Shown here one piece after another: positions 9,487-20,360 of a stretch of DNA of 64,000 nucleotides. Position numbers and translations under genes: made by a program. The stretch's first letter is position 1. Each line of letters opens with the position of its first letter. Source of the stretch: Candidatus Marinacidobacterales bacterium (GTDB lineage Bacteria; Acidobacteriota; Vicinamibacteria; Marinacidobacterales; SMYC01). The notes under the pieces were generated by a model. The model worked only from the letters and a program-made list of their open reading frames with translations, was not told where the DNA came from and ran no database searches. The stretch is taken from the NCBI GenBank assembly GCA_965237955.1, contig OZ250169.1, positions 6,528,001 to 6,592,000 of the forward strand, given 5' to 3'.

Positions 9487-10809
9487 ATGCTCGATAAGTC
9501 TGTTTTCCTGAAGAAGCTCACCGCGCGCGAGGCCTCGATCGGCGTCGTCGGCCTCGGCTATGTGGGGCTGCCGCTCGCGGTCGCGCTCTCGCACCGCTTC
9601 AGCGTCACCGGATATGACGTTTCCGAAGAGCGCGTGAAGCTTCTGAAAGCGCATCGCGACCCCTCGCACGTGCTGAGCGAGGCGGAGCTAGCCGAAGTCT
9701 CGATTGACTATACGAGCGATCCCGCGAAGCTCGCCGAAACTCCTCTGATCATCGTCGCCGTGCCGACACCGATCGACGAGAACAAGAATCCGGACCTGAG
9801 TCCGCTCGAACACGCATCCCAAGCCATCGGCAAACACCTTTCCAAAGGCAGCGTCGTCGTCTTCGAATCGACGGTGTACCCTGGCGTGACCGAAGAGGTG
9901 TGTGGTCCGGAGCTCGAGAAGGCCTCGGGCTTACAAGTCGGCGAAGATTTCTTCCTCGCTTACTCTCCCGAGCGCATCAACCCCGGAGATCGGGAGCGCA
10001 CCATCGACAAGATCGTGAAGATCGTCTCGGGGCAGACCGCGGACGTCGCCGATATCGTCGCCGAAGTCTACGGCGCGATCGTCACTGCAGGCATCCACCG
10101 GGCCAGCTCGATCCGAGTCGCCGAGGCCGCCAAGGTGATCGAGAACGCCCAGCGCGACATCAACATCGCTTTCGTCAACGAGCTCGCGATCATCTTCGAC
10201 AAGATGGGGATCGACACCCGCGAAGTCCTCGAGGCCGCGGGAACGAAATGGAACTTTCTCGGCTTTCGGCCGGGCCTCGTCGGCGGCCACTGCATCGGAG
10301 TCGACCCCTACTACCTCACTTTCAAAGCGCAGATGCTCGGGCACAGCCCGCAGACCATCCTCTCCGGACGGCGCATCAACGACGGCATGGGTCGATGGAT
10401 AGGTCGCAACCTGGTCAAGATGCTGATCGATGCCGACCTGCACGTCAAAGGCGCCCGGGTGCTCATCGGCGGGCTGACGTTCAAGGAGAACGTCTCCGAT
10501 GTCCGAAACTCCCGGGTCAAGGACATCATCGACGAGCTACGTGACTACCACGTGGACGTCGTCGCCTACGACCCCCATGTGCCGGCCGAGATAGCGCTAG
10601 AGGAGTTCGGCGTTCGCACGGTGGAGCGAAGCGAGCTGAAGGACTTCGACGCAGTCCTCTTTGCGGTCGCGCACGACGAGTTTCGCGGTCTCGACGCCAG
10701 CGATCTCGCGGCGATGGTGAAACGGCAGCCGGCGCCGCTCGTCGACCTCAAGTGGCTTTTCGACCGCCACGAAATGGAAAAAACGGGCTTCCAGTACTGG
10801 CGGCTCTAG
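9487..10809 (+). CDS. nucleotide-sugar (UDP-GlcNAc/GalNAc) dehydrogenase, TviB/WbpO-like
   Basis: GLGYVGLP, ESTVYPG, YSPERINPG, AEAAKVIEN, GGHCIGVDPYYL. Confidence 0.93.
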   Translation: MLDKSVFLKKLTAREASIGVVGLGYVGLPLAVALSHRFSVTGYDVSEERVKLLKAHRDPSHVLSEAELAEVSIDYTSDPAKLAETPLIIVAVPTPIDENKNPDLSPLEHASQAIGKHLSKGSVVVFESTVYPGVTEEVCGPELEKASGLQVGEDFFLAYSPERINPGDRERTIDKIVKIVSGQTADVADIVAEVYGAIVTAGIHRASSIRVAEAAKVIENAQRDINIAFVNELAIIFDKMGIDTREVLEAAGTKWNFLGFRPGLVGGHCIGVDPYYLTFKAQMLGHSPQTILSGRRINDGMGRWIGRNLVKMLIDADLHVKGARVLIGGLTFKENVSDVRNSRVKDIIDELRDYHVDVVAYDPHVPAEIALEEFGVRTVERSELKDFDAVLFAVAHDEFRGLDASDLAAMVKRQPAPLVDLKWLFDRHEMEKTGFQYWRL

Positions 10810-11818
10810 CTGGCTCGATCTTCTTTTCGGATTCCCAGCTTGTCCATCAGCTCGTAGAGCGTTGGCCGGCTCACCGAAAGCTCCGCCGCGGTGCGGGTCA
10901 TGTTCCCGTTGTGCTTGGCCAACGTCCGCAAGATGAGCTCGCGCTCCAGCTCCTCGCGGGCTTCCCTCAAGCTAACCGTCTTGAACCGCTCGGCATCACC
11001 GGAGGAGAGCTCGAGATCGTCCGGCGTGAGTTTTCGACCCTCGGACATGATCACGGCCCTCCGCACGCGATTTTCGAGCTCGCGCACGTTACCTGGCCAG
11101 TCGTGGGTGTGCATCGCCTTAATGGCGTCAGCGCTTAATCCCACGATGTTCTTCTTGCTCTCGGTCGCAAAACGCTCGAGAAAGACTTTGGCGAGCACGG
11201 TGATGTCATCGCCGCGATCGCGCAATGGCGGCAAAGTGACGCCCACGACGGCGATCCGGTAGTAAAGGTCCTCGCGGAACCGCTCTTCTTTCATGGCGCG
11301 TTTGAGATCGGTGTTCGTGGCCGCGATGACACGAACGTCCACGTCGATCTCCTGGCGTCCGCCGACCCTCTCGATTGCGTGCTCTTGCAGGAATCTCAAA
11401 AGCTTGACTTGGAGAGACAGTGGCATCTCACCGATCTCGTCCAAAAACAGGGTCCCGCGGTTGGCCGTCTCGATACGGCCCTGGCGCCGCGCGTGGGCAC
11501 CGGTGAAAGCACCCTTCTCGTGTCCGAAGAGCTCGCTTTCGAGCAGGTTCTCCGGGATCGCACCGCAGTTGATGGCAATGAACGGGCCTTTTTCGCGATT
11601 GCTCAGCCGATGGACCGCGCGCGCGACGAGCTCCTTGCCGGTGCCGCTCCCACCGCTGATGAGCACCCCGGCATCGGAGCTCGCGACACGACGTACCGTC
11701 TTGAAAACGCTTTGCATCGACGGACAAAATCCGATGATTCCCTGGAAAGAATCGCCGTCGGCGTTTTTCTGGAGCTCGCGGTTTTCGCGCTCGAGCTCGT
11801 GCACGTAGACAGCGCGAC

Positions 11819-13007
11819 CTAGCCCCCTGGAACAGAAAAAGATAGACAACACCGGCACTTCTGTGATCTGCTAAATGCATGAAACACAAGGGCCGGCGAA
11901 AAGCCGAATTGAAGCTGTCGTCTCAAGAAAGCGAAGCGCTGACGCGACTGGCGCGACGCAGCCGTAGTTCGCCGCACCAAGCCTTCCGAGCGAAGATCGT
12001 GCTGGATTGCGCGGCGGGTCTGACGAATATGGAAGTTGCTAGGAAGATGCACACCATGAGGAGCACGGTGGGCAAGTGGCGAAGACGCTTTGTAGAACAA
12101 CGAATGGAAGGGTTGTACGACGAACCTCGGCCGGGAGCGGCTCGCAAAATCGGCGATGACCAGATCGAGGAAGTCCTGACCAAGACGCTGGAGACGACTC
12201 CAAAGGGGAGAACCCATTGGAGTACGCGCTCGATGGCCAAGCATCTTGGGCTGAGTCATTCGACGATTGGACGTATTTGGCGAACGTTCGGGCTTCAACC
12301 GCACCGCTCGGAATCGTTTCGTCTCTCGCAAGACCCACAACTGGTCGAAAAAGTACGCGACCTTGTTGGCCTGTATATGAACCCACCGGATAACGCGGTC
12401 GTCCTGTGCGTCGACGAGAAATCGCAGATTCAAGCGCTCGAGCGTGCTCAACCTGTCCTGCCCATGAGCTTGGGCCAGCCCGAGCGACAAACCCACGACT
12501 ACATTCGGCATGGAACGACTGACCTGTTTGCCGCACTCGACGCCGCAACAGGTGAAGTCTTCGGAAAGTGCTACGCGCGACATCGAGCGCTAGAGTTCAA
12601 GAAGTTCCTCGCTGAGATCGAAGCAGCCGTTCCCAGCGAGTTGGACATCCACGTCGTGCTCGACAATCTCGCCACGCACAAGACACCGGCGATCAAACGC
12701 TGGCTTTCCAAGCGACCTCGGTTCCACTTTCACTTCACACCGACACACGCCTCTTGGCTCAACTTCGCTGAGCGCTTCTTTGGCTTGCTCACCGAACACG
12801 CCTTGCGACGAGGCTCGCACACGAGCGTGCCTCAGCTCCGCGTTGCGATACAAGACTATCTCGATGCTCACAACGAGAACCCAAAGCCGTTCAAGTGGAC
12901 GAAATCCGCCGACCAAATCCTCGAAACCATCGCTCGGTTCGCCCAGCGAACGCTCGATACACATGGCAAATCGAATTTGGACAGTAATTAAAGATCCGGG
13001 GGACTAG
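11819..13007 (+). mobile_element. IS630-family insertion sequence, copy 2
   Basis: Near-identical to 6798-7986, with CTAG at both ends. Confidence 0.95.
11879..12991 (+). CDS. IS630 transposase
   Basis: 370 aa; two visible substitutions (V to L twice) relative to copy 1. Confidence 0.96.
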   Translation: MKHKGRRKAELKLSSQESEALTRLARRSRSSPHQAFRAKIVLDCAAGLTNMEVARKMHTMRSTVGKWRRRFVEQRMEGLYDEPRPGAARKIGDDQIEEVLTKTLETTPKGRTHWSTRSMAKHLGLSHSTIGRIWRTFGLQPHRSESFRLSQDPQLVEKVRDLVGLYMNPPDNAVVLCVDEKSQIQALERAQPVLPMSLGQPERQTHDYIRHGTTDLFAALDAATGEVFGKCYARHRALEFKKFLAEIEAAVPSELDIHVVLDNLATHKTPAIKRWLSKRPRFHFHFTPTHASWLNFAERFFGLLTEHALRRGSHTSVPQLRVAIQDYLDAHNENPKPFKWTKSADQILETIARFAQRTLDTHGKSNLDSN

Positions 13008-13353
13008 CACGACGTTGAGCTCGTCGATCTGAATCGGCTTGTTGAAGTAGTCGTACGCTCCGAGACCGATCGCGCGAAGAGCATGCTCGCGCTGGCCTTG
13101 GCCGGTAATCACGACGATCTTGGTGTCGGACCGTTGCGCGAGGATCTCGTCGAGCACGAGAAAACCCTCCTCGACACCGTTCGCCTCCGGTGGCAGCCCG
13201 AGGTCTAGCGTTACCAGCGGCATGCGGTGCTCTTCGAAGAGCAACATCGCCGATGGCCGGTCCTCGGCCTCGTACACATCATAATCCTCGGTCAAAGCCC
13301 ACTTCATCTGGGTGCGGATGTCTTCGACATCGTCGACGATCAATAGCTTCGGC

Positions 13354-15456
13354 TTATCCATTCGAAAACCCTTTCCCAATACCCTTTTTCGACGGCAGCA
13401 AAACTCTGAACGTGCTGCCCTCGCCCCACTCGCTTTCGACTTCGATCCGTCCGCCGTGCGCCTCGACGATCTTCTTGCTGTGGAAGAGCCCGATTCCCAA
13501 GCCCTGCTTCTTCGTGGTTTGAAACGGTTTGAACAGAGAGCTCGTCATGAACTCTTCGCTCATCCCACATCCATCGTCCTCGACCGCGACGAGCACCCAC
13601 CCGTTTTCCCGCGACGTGGTCACGCGAATGTGCCCCCCCTCGCCGGCCGCGTCCTGAGCGTTCAGAATGAGATTCGTCAGTACCTTTTGGATTTGCTCGC
13701 GGTCGAGCTCGATCGTAGGAAGCTCGTCGGTGAGCTCCACCTTCATCGTGCCGTTGAGGTTTTGAAGCGTCTCTTCGACGAGCCCGTTGAGGTCGCAATC
13801 CGTCGGGTGGAGCTCCAGCCCCTTCGAGATGGACGAAAGCCGCGATGTCATCGTGTCGATCTTGTCGACGCTCTTCGCCATCGTCTCGAGCAAATCCTTG
13901 CGAAACTCGGGCTTGTCGAAGTGCGCCGGAAGGTTTTGCATGGCGAGCGAAAGCCTCGATGCGAGATTCTTGAGGTCGTGCACGAAGAACGTCGTGAGCG
14001 TCTGGAACGTCTCCATTTCCTTCGCGCGTTGGAGCGCTTGCGTCAATCGCCGATTCTGGAGAGTCGCCGCGCTCTGGTCGCCGAGAGTCTTGAACAGCGA
14101 ATAGTCTTCGACGCCGAAAGGCTCCTTGGTGATGCGCTCGTTGAGCGTCAGAAAGCCAATCGGCTCGTCGCTCCCCGCGAGAAGCGCGACCGCGTACCTC
14201 GCCTCCATCTGCGCGAAAAGGTTTCTTGCCGTCTCGGTCGCTTTTTGCCGGCTGAGATCGATGGGCTTCGTCAGTTGGGGCGTAAGGACGTCGATGAGAG
14301 GCTTGCCGCCTTCGAACTCGCTCAACACCGCCCGCGCTCGCTCCTCGGATACGGCGGTCGATCCGCCGAGGGCGAGCCTTCGCTCTCCGGGTTTGACGAG
14401 CCAGACCGTTGCCACCGAACAACCGAACGTCTCGGCGGCGGTCTTGGTGATGCCGGCGCAAAGCGGCGCGATCTCGATAACAGAGCCGGTGTGCGTGGTG
14501 AACGCGTCCCAGACCTTGCGGTAGTCGTACGCTGGCCGTTGCAGGTGGCGGTTGAGAAATCCTTTCGTCCTCTGTTGAAGCTCGCTCGACAGGAACACCG
14601 CGACCAGAGCGACGAGCCCGAGGACGAACGCGACGAACGGCGCCAGGATGTTGCCAGCGATGGCTCGGATGACGTCGACGAGTCCCGCTACCACGAGCAG
14701 GTACACGCCAGTGGCCAGAAGCGAGACCGAGTCGAAGAAGTTGGTCTTCGAAACGTACACCGACACCGGGCTTTGGCGACGTCGCACCACGGACACCATG
14801 ACGAGCCCGCTCGCGACGAGCAAAGACGCCGAACCGAACGGAAACAGCGTCGTCCGCATCCACGAATCCAAGAGCACTTGGCTATGGAGGAATACCTGCA
14901 CGCCGAAAAGCGCTCCCATCCCTAGGACCAAGAATTTGATTTGCCAGCGCGCCGTGCCGCTCGACGCGCGCAGCGTCGCCTCGCCGTTCATCAAGACGAT
15001 GACGGCGCCGAGGAGAAACACGACATGAAGCGCGAAGCCGGCGTCGTCGATGGGGACGAGCCAGTTCGGCAGCGGGATCGGCGGATCCCTGACGAGCAGG
15101 CCGCTCCATCGGGCCGCGAGGATTCCAAGAGGTGCGACGAAGAACAACGCGATCGCGGGGCGCCACCGCGCTCGGAACTCGCGGTAGTTCGTGCGTGCGA
15201 AGTTCAGGCTGAACCAAATGAAGAGTCCCGGGACGAGGCCCTCCGACAGCAAACGTAACCGAAGCCAGTCTTCGGCCTGTGCCTTGAAAACGGCGTTCAC
15301 GGCGAGAGTGCCCGTCACCTCGCGTGCCGCGAGGGCGACCATGCCGAGGGCGAACGCGATCGAGCCCGGGCGAAAGCGCTCGCGCCATACGAAAACAAGC
15401 CCCAAGGCCGCGATGACGCCGGCCGCGACGTAGGCGAGCACGCTCGATAGATCCAT
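13354..15456 (-). CDS. prsK: PEP-CTERM system histidine kinase
   Basis: Multi-TM N-terminus, YDYRKVW, GAF domain, FFVHDLKN H-box, NLILNA, DDGCG, GLGIGL; adjacent to prsR. Confidence 0.9.
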   Translation of the reverse strand: MDLSSVLAYVAAGVIAALGLVFVWRERFRPGSIAFALGMVALAAREVTGTLAVNAVFKAQAEDWLRLRLLSEGLVPGLFIWFSLNFARTNYREFRARWRPAIALFFVAPLGILAARWSGLLVRDPPIPLPNWLVPIDDAGFALHVVFLLGAVIVLMNGEATLRASSGTARWQIKFLVLGMGALFGVQVFLHSQVLLDSWMRTTLFPFGSASLLVASGLVMVSVVRRRQSPVSVYVSKTNFFDSVSLLATGVYLLVVAGLVDVIRAIAGNILAPFVAFVLGLVALVAVFLSSELQQRTKGFLNRHLQRPAYDYRKVWDAFTTHTGSVIEIAPLCAGITKTAAETFGCSVATVWLVKPGERRLALGGSTAVSEERARAVLSEFEGGKPLIDVLTPQLTKPIDLSRQKATETARNLFAQMEARYAVALLAGSDEPIGFLTLNERITKEPFGVEDYSLFKTLGDQSAATLQNRRLTQALQRAKEMETFQTLTTFFVHDLKNLASRLSLAMQNLPAHFDKPEFRKDLLETMAKSVDKIDTMTSRLSSISKGLELHPTDCDLNGLVEETLQNLNGTMKVELTDELPTIELDREQIQKVLTNLILNAQDAAGEGGHIRVTTSRENGWVLVAVEDDGCGMSEEFMTSSLFKPFQTTKKQGLGIGLFHSKKIVEAHGGRIEVESEWGEGSTFRVLLPSKKGIGKGFSNG

Positions 15457-15683
15457 GGCGAAACCTAGAGTTTAACCCTTGAAACTAAACTAAATCACTT
15501 ACCTAAAACGTCGTTTGTGGGGTTGGGCCACGGTTACGGTCCTCCACCGTTTTCTCGTGGGCACCGAAACTGCTCCGACTCCAAGGGTTTGCCGGGATGG
15601 CCAATTTTGTCGGCCGGGCCTGAGTTTGTCAAGTCTTTGTCCAAGGGGGGTTTGGCGTATCTGCGATATCATGCAACGTTCCG

Positions 15684-17270
15684 ATGCGCGTCCGTCCGAA
15701 AACGCTTTTCGCCGCACTCGTCGGTGGGATCGCACTCCTCGTGGTTGCCCGGGGCCTCTGGATTTCTGGGTACGAGCCCGTCACCTCGGACAACTACTTG
15801 TGGGGTGCATTCCATGTCCACTCCACGATGTCCGACGGGCTCGCCCCGTTGGAGGAAATCGCGGTCCAAGCTCGCGAAGCGCGCGTCGACGTCGTGTTGT
15901 TGAGCGACCACGGCCCGCCCCACCGCGAAGCGGCGGTACTCGACGAGACGGACGAAATGATCGGGGGCGTGCGGTTCATCGGGGGCTCCGAAGTAGGGAT
16001 GCCGGAAGGTCATTTGATCGTCTCCGACGTCGACGCTCTTCCCGACTACCACCTGCCACCGTTCCCGCCGGACGCGGTCGCCGACGTCGGCACCTGGGGA
16101 GGCTTCTCGGTTCTGACTTATCCGGAAGATCCAACGCATCGCTGGCGCTATTGGGAAGAAGACTTCACTCCCGATGGGATCGAGATCATCAACGTCACGT
16201 CGTACTTCCGCGCGAGCTCGCATTGGGACAAGCTCGAGTGGGCGGTTTTTTCCATCTTCAACCGCTACTACTACGTGAGCAGCTTCGAATCACCCACGTA
16301 CGCGCTCGAGCGCTGGGACGAGCTTCTGACACGCGGCCGGGTTTGGGCGTTTTACGCCGCGAACGCGCACGGCGGCTTCCCGCTCACCGAGGAGCTCATG
16401 GTCGCCGTCCCGTCGTATCAGACCGCGTTCTCGTACGTTGGACTCGGCATCGACCGCAAGTTCGAGGCCGACCCCGGGCGCGCGATCCGAGACGGTCAGT
16501 TCTTCGCCATCGTGCGCGGCGCGGGGGAGCCAGAACGATTCGATTTTGTACTGGGCGACGACGGGACGTTGCGCGTCTCCGTGGACGCGTCCGAGCTGTC
16601 TCTACACATCGTGCTCAAGCGCGACGGTGTCGTCGCCTCCGAGACGGAGGAGGCCGAGCTCGTTCATCAGGCGAGCTCCCCCGGTGTCTACCGGGCCGAG
16701 GTGTACCTCCAGGATCATCCGCTTCTATCGGACGACGTCCCCTGGATCCTTTCGAACCCAATCTTCGTCAACGTCGAGCCTCCCGCGCCGCACATCACCG
16801 AGCTAGAGTGCGCTGAAATCGACGGGATCGATCTTTCCGCTTTCCACATCGAGAAGGACGACGAGTCGTCCGCGGCGCTCGAGCTCGAGCCTTCGGGAGA
16901 GCTCACGCTCACATACGATCTATCGAAAGCCACTGACCAGAACGTAGACCGCTGGGTCGCGCTCGCACTGCGGCAGCCGATCGACCTCTCCGGGTATCGC
17001 GGCGTGTACATCGCGGGCACTGGCCCTCGGCCGATGCGATATTGGATCGAGGTTCGCGCGGGAGATCGAGGTCACTACGCGACGTTCGAAGTCGATCAGG
17101 AATCGGGGAGTAGTGTCATTCCGTGGCGCCAGTTCTATGCAACCGTGGGCGAACGCGACACGATCCCGCTTGCGGCGCTAGATGCGATGTTCATTGCGGT
17201 CAACACGTCGAGCTCGCGGACAGGGTTCTCGTCGGAGCTGACGTTGAGTGAAGTTGGGTGGTGTCGGTAA
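15684..17270 (+). CDS. PHP-domain metallohydrolase with a C-terminal carbohydrate-binding-like domain
   Basis: GAFHVHSTMSDG, LSDHG, ANAHG, GVYRAEV...WILSNPIFV; N-terminal TM/signal segment. Confidence 0.75.
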   Translation: MRVRPKTLFAALVGGIALLVVARGLWISGYEPVTSDNYLWGAFHVHSTMSDGLAPLEEIAVQAREARVDVVLLSDHGPPHREAAVLDETDEMIGGVRFIGGSEVGMPEGHLIVSDVDALPDYHLPPFPPDAVADVGTWGGFSVLTYPEDPTHRWRYWEEDFTPDGIEIINVTSYFRASSHWDKLEWAVFSIFNRYYYVSSFESPTYALERWDELLTRGRVWAFYAANAHGGFPLTEELMVAVPSYQTAFSYVGLGIDRKFEADPGRAIRDGQFFAIVRGAGEPERFDFVLGDDGTLRVSVDASELSLHIVLKRDGVVASETEEAELVHQASSPGVYRAEVYLQDHPLLSDDVPWILSNPIFVNVEPPAPHITELECAEIDGIDLSAFHIEKDDESSAALELEPSGELTLTYDLSKATDQNVDRWVALALRQPIDLSGYRGVYIAGTGPRPMRYWIEVRAGDRGHYATFEVDQESGSSVIPWRQFYATVGERDTIPLAALDAMFIAVNTSSSRTGFSSELTLSEVGWCR

Positions 17271-17287
17271 CCGACCGAAAAAAAGCT

Positions 17288-17368
17288 CAACGCAAAGGCG
17301 CAAAGTCGCGAGGGCGCAAAGTGAAGCGCCTTCGGCGCTGATTCTCTCTTTGCGTCTTTGCGGCTTGG
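17288..17368. repeat. REP-like hairpin of (a/g)cgcaaag repeats
   Basis: aacgcaaaggcgcaaagtcgcgagggcgcaaag...ctttgcgtctttgcg; related copy at 27378. Confidence 0.6.
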
Positions 17369-17371
17369 CCT

Positions 17372-17534
17372 GTACTCGCGTACGAGATACGAACCCGGAG
17401 TCCAGACAGCCATCATCACTTCGACGTCGAGGTAAGTGGTTGGTGGCCGCGGGAAACGTCACGCGGTACGAAATGGCGTCCTGAGCGAGAGCGGGGCTCG
17501 GCAGTGTCAGCAAAAGCGCGGCGACGACGCTCAT
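17372..17534 (-). pseudogene. N-terminal remnant of an M61 glycyl aminopeptidase
   Basis: Signal peptide plus ISYRVTFP, then MMAVWTPGSYLVREY in another frame; truncated. Confidence 0.7.
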
Positions 17535-17959
17535 GCCTCCTCCGAGAGTGCGGAATGCATGGCGTCCACAAGTTGTTTTGCGGTGTCCTCTTTCAGCTCC
17601 CCCGGGTCCCATTTGAACGACAGCCCATCCTGTTCGAACCGAGGGATGATGTGAAAGTGAACGTGGAGAACCGCCTGGCCCGCGCGGGCACCGTTGTTTT
17701 GCAAAATATTGTACGCGGAAGCCCCCGTGGCCTTCATCACCGCACGGCAGAGCCGCGGGAGCGCGCGCCCCAAAGACGCGGCCGCGTCGTCGGATAGCTC
17801 GTCGAGCTGAGCTTTGGACTCTTTCGGCACCACCAACGTGTGACCGCGGCTCTGCGGTCCGATGTCGAGAAACGCGTACACGTGCTCGTCTTCGTAAACC
17901 TTGTAGCTCGGAATCTCACCGCGGATGATCTTGTCGAAAAGCGTAAGTGCATCACTCAT
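17531..17959 (-). CDS. HIT family nucleotide hydrolase
   Basis: FDKIIRGEIP, AFLDIGP, QAVLHVHFHIIP. Confidence 0.93.
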   Translation of the reverse strand: MSDALTLFDKIIRGEIPSYKVYEDEHVYAFLDIGPQSRGHTLVVPKESKAQLDELSDDAAASLGRALPRLCRAVMKATGASAYNILQNNGARAGQAVLHVHFHIIPRFEQDGLSFKWDPGELKEDTAKQLVDAMHSALSEEA

Positions 17960-18011
17960 GACAGCGCAATCTAGCGGTTTTCTCCCCAAGCCTCAAGTTA
18001 GAATGACATTG

Positions 18012-19019
18012 ATGCGTTCTTACCAGCTCGGCACATTCGGGCTCGAAAACCTCGAGCTCACAGAAATCGAACCGGCCTCTCCTGGGCCGGGAGAGGTCGC
18101 CGTCGACGTGCGCGCGTTCAGCTTGAACTACCGCGATCTGCTGGTGATCCAAGGATACTACAATCCCAAACTGAGCCTGCCCGCTACGCCCGCGAGCGAC
18201 GGTGCTGGAGTTGTGGCCGCCGTGGGCGAAGGCGTCACCCGCGTGAACAAAGACGATCGCGTGATGACGCAGTTCGTCGCCGACTGGGTCGAGGGCCCTT
18301 TCGAGAGGCGATACGTAGGCTCGACGCTTGGGGTGCCCGGACCGGGGCTCGCGGCCGAGCGCGTGATCCTGCCCGAGAGCGCTGTCGTACCGATCCCGAA
18401 GGGCTACAACTTTGCACAAGCATCGACGCTTCCCATCGCCGCGCTGACGGCGTGGAGCGTACTTGTCACAGAGGGAGGCCTCGAGCCCGGCGGGACGGTG
18501 TTGACTCTCGGAACCGGCGGGGTGTCGGTCTTCGCACTACAGCTCGGGAAAGCGATGGGCGCGCGCGTGATCATCACGTCATCGAGCGACGAGAAGCTCG
18601 CGCGTGCGAAAGATCTCGGCGCCGACCACACCATCAACTACCAAGAGAACCCGCGCTGGGACAGGACGGTTTTGGAGCTCACCGAAGGGCATGGCGCCGA
18701 CATCGTCGTCGAAACCGGAGGGATCGCGACGATGACGACATCGATGAAAGCGGCCGCGGCAGGGGGTGTCGTTGGTGTTCTTGGCGGCGTCACTGGACTT
18801 TCCGGCAACATCAACATCGCACCGCTGGTAATGAAACGATTACGAGTGACTGGTATCCTCGTCGACTCGCGCGCTCAATTCGAAAAACTCGTGGAGTTTC
18901 TCGAGACCCACCGCATCGAGCCGGTCATCGATCGCAGGTTTGCGTTCGAAGAGTTTCCGACCGCTTTACGCCATATGGAGGCAGGTAGTCATTTCGGCAA
19001 GATCGTGGTCGAAGTGTAG
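18012..19019 (+). CDS. NAD(P)-dependent medium-chain dehydrogenase/reductase (zinc-binding ADH family)
   Basis: SLNYRD, SDGAG, GTGGVS, HFGKIVV. Confidence 0.9.
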   Translation: MRSYQLGTFGLENLELTEIEPASPGPGEVAVDVRAFSLNYRDLLVIQGYYNPKLSLPATPASDGAGVVAAVGEGVTRVNKDDRVMTQFVADWVEGPFERRYVGSTLGVPGPGLAAERVILPESAVVPIPKGYNFAQASTLPIAALTAWSVLVTEGGLEPGGTVLTLGTGGVSVFALQLGKAMGARVIITSSSDEKLARAKDLGADHTINYQENPRWDRTVLELTEGHGADIVVETGGIATMTTSMKAAAAGGVVGVLGGVTGLSGNINIAPLVMKRLRVTGILVDSRAQFEKLVEFLETHRIEPVIDRRFAFEEFPTALRHMEAGSHFGKIVVEV

Positions 19020-19123
19020 CCGAACCTCACTCGCTCGAGGACTCGAGCTCCATCACCCAGACGTCGCTTTCGAACTCGGTGAGGGTGAAGTAGAAGTTTT
19101 CGCCGTCCGCCGACCACTCCGGG

Positions 19124-19196
19124 CGTATTCGACGCCCATGCCGCCGCGGCTCAGCTCTTGCTTGACTTCATAGTGGGAGAGCGTGCGGCCTAACAT
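19124..19196 (-). pseudogene. short remnant of a Ser/Thr protein kinase N-terminus
   Basis: MLGRTLSHYEVKQELSRGGMGVEY resembles the kinase Gly-rich loop, then similarity ends. Confidence 0.55.
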
Positions 19197-19254
19197 CTGG
19201 ACCCAAAGTAATGCTCCAGGGAGAGGAAAGTCAACGTCGCCTTGCGTCAAGCCC

Positions 19255-19947
19255 TTAAGGATCCTTCAAGTCGAAGCGGCGTCTCAGGTAGAACACGGCG
19301 GCGTAGAAGACGGGTGTGTCCAGTAGCGCCATCGTCCATTTGAACAGGACGCCGTTCATGAAGAGGACGGGAAAGCGCTCCCACGTTACCCCCGGTGTTC
19401 CGAGCGCTGCGAGCAGACTGTTGACCAGTGCGGTGTCCACCACTTGAGAAGTGATGGTGCTCGCGTTGTTGCGAAGCCACAAGTGCTTGCCGTGCGTCAG
19501 GCGTTTCCAGAAGTGAAACAGGCGAATGTCGAGATACTGCGCGCCGAGGTACGCGACCATCGACGCGGTGACGGCCATCCACTGAACCCCGAAGACGCGC
19601 TGGAACGTGGCGTTATCGACCGGGCTCCACGATGTCGCTTCCACGAACGACGAAACCAGTACCAGTCCGAGCACGAACAGGCTCGCGATGAGGCCGCTGG
19701 TGACGACGCGATCGGCGCGCTCTTTCCCGTAGATCTCCGAGAGAATATCAGTGACGAGAAACGTTACCGGGTACGCGAGGATGCCGACCGACTGTTCGAA
19801 CTGAATGCTCGCTCCGAAGAGCGAGAAGTCCCAGATGAAAAATTTCTGGAAGATGAGATTGCAGGTGACGAGCGCGGCGATGAAGACGGCCGCGAGCACC
19901 AGGTAGAACTGCTCGTACGCCGCGCGTTGGTCGCCAGGTATGTTCAC
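19255..19947 (-). CDS. queuosine precursor transporter (YhhQ/Vut_1)
   Basis: YPVTFLVTDILSEIYG, ASMVAYLGAQYLD, WLRNNAST, ALLDTP. Confidence 0.9.
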   Translation of the reverse strand: MNIPGDQRAAYEQFYLVLAAVFIAALVTCNLIFQKFFIWDFSLFGASIQFEQSVGILAYPVTFLVTDILSEIYGKERADRVVTSGLIASLFVLGLVLVSSFVEATSWSPVDNATFQRVFGVQWMAVTASMVAYLGAQYLDIRLFHFWKRLTHGKHLWLRNNASTITSQVVDTALVNSLLAALGTPGVTWERFPVLFMNGVLFKWTMALLDTPVFYAAVFYLRRRFDLKDP

Positions 19948-19958
19948 ATAAGATACGC

Positions 19959-20357
19959 TCACGTGAAGAGGGGTTCCGTCTCCTTGTTGAGTAAAACCCA
20001 GAGCCCGTAGCCGCCCAAAATCGTTCCGAACGGAAAGTTGAGCAAGTTGAGCGCCGAGAGAACGAGACCGAGGATGCGAGCCCACGCTTTGAACTTGACT
20101 AGCCCGATGCCGACGGCAAGGCCGGGAACCGACAGGAGGGTAATGAGGCTAAAGACAGCGACGGCCACGATCCCAAGGATGGGTGCGGCCACCGCGGCGT
20201 CGGGCTCCTGTTGCGCGACCATGCCGGCAATCCCTGCCGCACCGCCGAGTACCACCAGAAATAGGAAGGCGATCAGCATCCCGAAAACGCTGAAGGCAAT
20301 GTAGAGAACGCCGAGGATGGAAACGTGTTGCTTCATCGGAGATTCAGGTCCGCTCAC
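19959..20357 (-). CDS. hypothetical membrane protein
   Basis: Hydrophobic; WARILGLVLS...FPFGTILGGYGLWVLL. Confidence 0.75.
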   Translation of the reverse strand: MSGPESPMKQHVSILGVLYIAFSVFGMLIAFLFLVVLGGAAGIAGMVAQQEPDAAVAAPILGIVAVAVFSLITLLSVPGLAVGIGLVKFKAWARILGLVLSALNLLNFPFGTILGGYGLWVLLNKETEPLFT

Positions 20358-20360
20358 CGT

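Larger units (their letters stand above)
10806..13361 (-). pseudogene. prsR: PEP-CTERM-box sigma-54 response regulator interrupted by IS630
   Basis: Receiver domain MDKPKLLIVDD...TLDLGLPP, then after the IS GSGTGKE, ESELFGHEKGAFTGA, WPGNVRELEN and HTH; removing the IS restores ...NVVLGRAVY... Confidence 0.9.

Noticed and set aside
6798-13007. Composite IS630 transposon carrying the sugar genes
   Set aside because: Each IS removes cleanly to restore its own target (the MITE TIR and the prsR frame), so they are independent insertions.
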